Part shown: piece after piece, positions 40,916 to 45,298 of the stretch
Numbering within the stretch: position 1 is the stretch's first letter
Layout: each line of letters begins with the position of its first letter
Assembly (NCBI GenBank): GCA_964541595.1
Contig: CAZIRO010000003.1
Span: forward strand, 1 to 45,298
Origin: an uncultured Acidobacteriota bacterium
Lineage (GTDB): Bacteria; Acidobacteriota; HRBIN11
DNA length: 45,298 bases
Direction of reading: 5' to 3'
Program-made: the position numbers and the translations under genes
The notes under the pieces: model-generated
The model's input: only the letters and a program-made list of their open reading frames with translations
Told to the model about the DNA's origin: nothing
Database searches by the model: none

Positions 40916-43900
40916 TTACTTTTCTTCACCGCCGATCTTGGGCAATGCAAACTCGCGGGGGGGTTCCTGATACTGCGCAGGTAACAGCCGTTCCTCGACA
41001 GTCGTATCCTTTTCGATCTTCACCTGGCGGTAATACGGGTTCCCCGTACCGGACGGGACGAGACGGCCGACGATGACGTTCTCCTTCAACCCGTACAGGT
41101 AATCGACGCTGCCACGAATGGCCGCTTCTGTCAACACGCGGGTGGTTTCCTGGAACGACGCGGCCGAGATCCAGCTATCCGTACTCAGCGCCGCGCGCGT
41201 GATACCGAGCAATACCGGTTCACCCCGTGCCGGTCGACCGCCGCGGGCTTCGACTTCCGCGTTGACGTCCATAAACCGGAACTTATCGACCACTTCCCGA
41301 TACAGGAAGTCCGTGTCGCCCACGTCCGTGACCCGTACCCACCGGGTCATCTGCCGGATGATGATCTCGATGTACTTGTCGTTGATGCTGACACCCTGGG
41401 ATCGGTATACCTGTTGAATCTCGTTCAGGAGGTATTTTTCCAGCTCCCGTTCACCGAGCACGCTCAGGATATCCATCGGATTGATCGGGCCCTCCATCAG
41501 GGGTTCACCGGCTTTCACACGGTCACCATCTCGCACGATCACGTGTGCACCCCGCGGCAGGACGTACTCTTTGGAGATTCCGCCTGCGCCTTCCACACGC
41601 AGGATACGCTGTCCCTTCTCGTTGATTCCCTCATATCGGACGATACCGTCGATTTCCGCAATTACGGCGGGTTCCTGCGGCTTACGGGCCTCGAACAGCG
41701 CTTCCACCCGCGGCAGGCCTCCCGTAATGTCTTTTGTCTTGGTGGTTTCTCGCGGAATCTTCGCGAGCACATCCCCGGGAGCGACCTTCTGTCCTTCCTC
41801 CACTGTGAGGTGCGCGCCGGTCGGCATCAGGTATGTACCGACCACATTGCCGTCACTATCCACGATTTCAATCGATGGTTTCATCACGTGTTTGCCGACG
41901 GCAAAGTCCACGACAACGAGTTCCCGGTTCTTTGTGATCTCGTCGATCTCTTCCTGGACCGTCTCACCCAGACGAATGTCCCGAAATCGTACCGTACCCG
42001 CGTATTCGGAGAGGATGACGGAAGCGTACGGGTCCCATTCAACGAGAATGGTGCCCGGCTCCACGAGTTGACCGTCCTCCACGAGGACACGTGCACCGTA
42101 TACCACCGAATACCGTTCCCGCTCGCGTCCGTCCATATCGATGATCACGACCTGCCCATTGCGGTTAATGGCGATCCGCTGGCCCTCCTTGTTGATGAGC
42201 GTGTCCAGACCCCGGTACTGTACGATCCCTGCATGCCGCGCACGGTGTTGCGACACTTCACCGATACGACCCGCGGCGCCACCGATATGGAACGTCCGCA
42301 TTGTCAACTGGGTACCGGGTTCTCCGATCGATTGCGCGGCGATGATCCCCACGGGAGTGCCGATCCTGACCAGCTGGCCGTTCGCCAGATCGCGCCCGAA
42401 ACACATCGCACAGACACCGCGACGACTCTGGCAGGTCAGCACGGACCGGATCTTCACACGGTCAATGCCGGCCTCCTCGATCTGAAATGCACTCTCTTCG
42501 TCGATCATCTGGTTGGCGGTTACAAGGATCTCTCCGGTGACGGGGTCCCGGATATCTTCCGCGGCGATCCTGCCCACGATCCGCTCGCGCAGGGGTTCAA
42601 CGATTTCACCGCTTTCAATGATCGGTTCAACGTAAATCCCCTCCATGGTACCACAGTCGTGTTCGGTCACGTAGACATCCTGAGCGACATCCACCAGGCG
42701 GCGTGTCAGGTATCCGGCATCGGCGGTCTTCAGGGCGGTATCGGCCAGTCCCTTACGTGCGCCGTGCGTGGAAATGAAGTATTCCAGCACGGAGAGCCCT
42801 TCCCGGAAGTTGGAAGTGATCGGCGTTTCAATGATCTCACCGGAAGGTTTCGTCATCAGTCCGCGCATACCCGCGAGCTGCCGGATCTGCACTTCGGAAC
42901 CGCGTGCACCGGAATCGACCATGATATAAACCGGATTGACCTCGTCCTGCGCACTCTGTGCGCGCATCTCTTCGATCATCTCCTGGGTTACCTCGTCCGT
43001 TACCCGTGACCAGATAGCGACGACGTGATTGTACTTTTCACGGTGATTCATCTCACCCCGCAGGTAGCGTTCCTCGACGCGTTGCACTTCCGCGCGTGCC
43101 TTCTCGATGATTGCCCATTTTTTCTTCGGGATCACGAGGTCATCGAACACACCCATCGAAATCCCGGCGCGTGTCGCGTAGTAAAACCCGACGTCTTTCA
43201 GAACGTCGAGGAATTCTACGGTCTTGCGCATCCCGTAACGCAGATAGACGAAGTGCACGAGGGAGGCGATGCCCTTTTTCTTCAACACGCCGTTAATGAA
43301 CAAACGCACTCCTTCGGGGAATGCAGCATGGAACAACACACGCCCGACCGTGGTATGGACCCACTCGTTGTGCACTTCCCGTTTGTAACAGTACACGATA
43401 TCCTGGATATTGCCCTGGGACTCCGTATCGATCAGCAAACCGGTGAATCGGAACCGGATCGGTGTATGCACCCGCACGGCACCCTGTTCATATGCCATCA
43501 GTACCTCTTCGGAAGATCCGAAATACAGCCGCGGGGGGGTGTTACCGTCATCCCGGCGAACGGTCAGATAGTAGATCCCGAGCACCATATCCTGCGTCGG
43601 TGACGCAAGGGGCCGTCCATGCGCGGGGGACAGAATATTGTTCGAGGCGAGCATGAGGGTGGCCGCTTCGATCTGGGCCTCCGGCGAAATGGGGACGTGC
43701 ACCCCCATCTGATCGCCATCGAAGTCCGCATTATAGGCCGTGCACACGAGCGGATGAATCCGAATGGCTTTTTCGTCGATGAGGATCGGCTGGAACGCCT
43801 GAATGCTCAACCGGTGCAGCGTGGGCGCGCGGTTCAGCAAAACCGGATGGTCCTGGATAACTTTCTCCAGCGCATCCCACACCTGCGGGCGCTCCTGCTG

Positions 43901-45118
43901 CACGAATTCCTTGGCGCGGCGCACGAGTTCGATTACCCCGTCCTTTTCCAACTGGTGGTATACGAACGGTTTGAACAATTCCAATGCCATCTTCTTGGGC
44001 AGTGCACACTGCCAGAGACGCAGTTCCGGACCGACAACGATCACAGCGCGTCCGGAGAAGTCCACACGTTTCCCCAGCAGGTTCTGACGGAACCGGCCAT
44101 GTTTGCCTTTCAGGTTATCACTCAGCGACTTTAACGGTCGGCGCTGCGCCGTTTTCATCGCACGTGTACGTCGACTGTTGTCGAACAGCGCATCCACGGC
44201 TTCCTGGAGCATCCGTTTTTCATTCCGGATGATGACGTCTGGTGCACGTAACTCGATCAGTTTCTTCAGCCGGTTGTTGCGGTTGATCACCCGTCGGTAG
44301 AGGTCATTGAGATCCGATGTGGCGAACCGTCCGCCTTCAAGGGGAACCAGGGGGCGCAGTTCGGGCGGCAGTACGGGAATGACTTCCAGAACCATCCATT
44401 CCGGTTTCTGTCCGGATTTGAGGAATGCTTCCACCACGCGCAGTCGCTTGACCGCTTTCATGCGTTTCTGTCGAGAAGTCGAGGTCTTCATCTCCTCGCG
44501 CAGTTCACGGGCCAGTTGCTGCAGGTCGAGCTGGCGCAGGATATCGCGAATCCCCTCCGCACCCATCTTGGCCACGAACCGGTCGCCGTACTGCTGCCGC
44601 AGTTCACGATATTCTTCCTGGGTCAACAACTGGCCCTGTTCGAGATCCGGCACGTCTCCTGGATCGACAACGATGTAAGATTCATAGTAAATGACACGCT
44701 CAAGGTCCCGCATCGACAGACCGAGCAACAGTCCCATCCGACTGGGTACATTCCGTACGTACCAGATATGCGCAACCGGCGCAGCGAGTTCGATGTGTCC
44801 CATCCGTTCACGCCGTACGCGTTTTTCGGTCACTTCAACGCCGCACTTTTCGCATACGACCCCTTTGTATTTGAGTTTCCGGTACCGTCCGCACAGGCAC
44901 TCGTAATCGTTGATCGGTCCGAAAATGCGCGCACAGAACAGACCATCCCGTTCCGGTTTGAATGTCCGGTAATTGATGGTCTCCGGTTTTTTGACCTCAC
45001 CGTACGACCAGCTCCGGATCTTTTCCGGAGACGCCAGACCGATCCGGATGGCAACGATATCGTTGATATTCCGTGCCTTTTTGGGCTTTTCCGTAGGCGG
45101 AAAAATGGTGGCCACCAA
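40916..45118 (-). CDS. rpoC: DNA-directed RNA polymerase subunit beta'
   Basis: The zinc motif [20 protein letters not shown], the catalytic NADFDGD, and conservation along the full length of about 1400 aa. The start is probably TTG 45118, 7 nt after ggagg. The track start is TTG 45139. Confidence 0.98.
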   Translation of the reverse strand: MVATIFPPTEKPKKARNINDIVAIRIGLASPEKIRSWSYGEVKKPETINYRTFKPERDGLFCARIFGPINDYECLCGRYRKLKYKGVVCEKCGVEVTEKRVRRERMGHIELAAPVAHIWYVRNVPSRMGLLLGLSMRDLERVIYYESYIVVDPGDVPDLEQGQLLTQEEYRELRQQYGDRFVAKMGAEGIRDILRQLDLQQLARELREEMKTSTSRQKRMKAVKRLRVVEAFLKSGQKPEWMVLEVIPVLPPELRPLVPLEGGRFATSDLNDLYRRVINRNNRLKKLIELRAPDVIIRNEKRMLQEAVDALFDNSRRTRAMKTAQRRPLKSLSDNLKGKHGRFRQNLLGKRVDFSGRAVIVVGPELRLWQCALPKKMALELFKPFVYHQLEKDGVIELVRRAKEFVQQERPQVWDALEKVIQDHPVLLNRAPTLHRLSIQAFQPILIDEKAIRIHPLVCTAYNADFDGDQMGVHVPISPEAQIEAATLMLASNNILSPAHGRPLASPTQDMVLGIYYLTVRRDDGNTPPRLYFGSSEEVLMAYEQGAVRVHTPIRFRFTGLLIDTESQGNIQDIVYCYKREVHNEWVHTTVGRVLFHAAFPEGVRLFINGVLKKKGIASLVHFVYLRYGMRKTVEFLDVLKDVGFYYATRAGISMGVFDDLVIPKKKWAIIEKARAEVQRVEERYLRGEMNHREKYNHVVAIWSRVTDEVTQEMIEEMRAQSAQDEVNPVYIMVDSGARGSEVQIRQLAGMRGLMTKPSGEIIETPITSNFREGLSVLEYFISTHGARKGLADTALKTADAGYLTRRLVDVAQDVYVTEHDCGTMEGIYVEPIIESGEIVEPLRERIVGRIAAEDIRDPVTGEILVTANQMIDEESAFQIEEAGIDRVKIRSVLTCQSRRGVCAMCFGRDLANGQLVRIGTPVGIIAAQSIGEPGTQLTMRTFHIGGAAGRIGEVSQHRARHAGIVQYRGLDTLINKEGQRIAINRNGQVVIIDMDGRERERYSVVYGARVLVEDGQLVEPGTILVEWDPYASVILSEYAGTVRFRDIRLGETVQEEIDEITKNRELVVVDFAVGKHVMKPSIEIVDSDGNVVGTYLMPTGAHLTVEEGQKVAPGDVLAKIPRETTKTKDITGGLPRVEALFEARKPQEPAVIAEIDGIVRYEGINEKGQRILRVEGAGGISKEYVLPRGAHVIVRDGDRVKAGEPLMEGPINPMDILSVLGERELEKYLLNEIQQVYRSQGVSINDKYIEIIIRQMTRWVRVTDVGDTDFLYREVVDKFRFMDVNAEVEARGGRPARGEPVLLGITRAALSTDSWISAASFQETTRVLTEAAIRGSVDYLYGLKENVIVGRLVPSGTGNPYYRQVKIEKDTTVEERLLPAQYQEPPREFALPKIGGEEK

Positions 45119-45148
45119 GGCAACGCCTCCATTTTTCAAATGAAAGAT

Positions 45149-45298
45149 TTATTCTTCTTCGTCTTCTTCCACAAAGATGAGTTCAACATCGAGTGCCAGA
45201 CTCTGAAGTTCTTTGACCAGCACGCGGAACGATTCCGGCATCGTCGGTTCAATCCGGGGCCGACCGCGCAGGATACTCTGGAAGAGACGCAACCGTCC
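45149..45298 (-). CDS. rpoB: DNA-directed RNA polymerase subunit beta, 3' end only (the gene continues right of the window)
   Basis: The translation …RPRIEPTMPESFRVLVKELQSLALDVELIFVEEDEEE* is a typical RpoB C-terminus. It lies immediately upstream of rpoC. Confidence 0.9.
   Translation of the reverse strand, partial: GRLRLFQSILRGRPRIEPTMPESFRVLVKELQSLALDVELIFVEEDEEE

Noticed and set aside
41414-43009. A 531-aa ORF on the + strand, along with other long + strand ORFs between 41118 and 44906
   Set aside because: All are antisense to rpoC, whose identity is unambiguous. They are shadow ORFs.

Overview
GC-rich bacterial chromosomal window of 45.3 kb, almost entirely core housekeeping genes. All motif and alignment calls were made by eye, with no searches run.

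Gene content, left to right:
- A sulfatase-family gene.
- A membrane protein plus LuxE-like acyl-protein synthetase pair, convergent with an operon of an isopropylmalate-synthase-like gene, a Rieske gene and a membrane protein gene.
- A hypothetical protein followed by a TPR protein that looks like a type III secretion class II chaperone.
- An M1 peptidase and an MBL-fold hydrolase.
- tRNA(CAU)-tilS-hpt-ftsH-folP-cdaA-cdaR followed by a double zinc-ribbon protein of unknown function.
- A sigma54 two-component pair: an FG-GAP sensor kinase and an NtrC-like activator.
- rplM-rpsI-rpsB-tsf-pyrH.
- A long minus-strand gene string running zapB-like, zapA, DsbD-N-like, bcp, amidohydrolase, hypothetical, second sulfatase, DUF1858-like.
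- An MglA-type GTPase with a long C-terminal extension, coupled to an alpha/beta hydrolase.
- A divergent hfq, another alpha/beta hydrolase, ispD, rpoC and the 3' end of rpoB.

I found no rRNA, CRISPR array, transposase or recognisable defence genes.

The most unusual signal is non-genic. A family of about 165-250 bp repeats bounded by terminal inverted repeats (TIRs) has 4 full and 2 partial copies. Each TIR is built from two GGGACA/TGTCCC hexamers, and each copy carries an internal tract of 7-bp repeats in variable number.
- All four loci lie in divergent intergenic regions.
- In all four full copies the same element end sits 12-16 nt upstream of a sigma70-like -35 hexamer. The promoters serve rplM, tRNA(CAU)/tilS, hfq and the sulfatase-like gene; the last is the weakest.

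Other points worth a second look:
- An orphan pair resembling a type III secretion substrate and chaperone.
- tRNA(CAU) abutting tilS.
- A novel zinc-ribbon gene in the operon slot after cdaA-cdaR.
- A 600-bp gene-less convergent spacer with an AT-rich core.
- An unlisted 40-codon zinc-ribbon ORF.
- A terminator-like leader upstream of rplM.

Many long ORFs in the track are antisense shadows of real genes, or read-through of the repeats, and were rejected.
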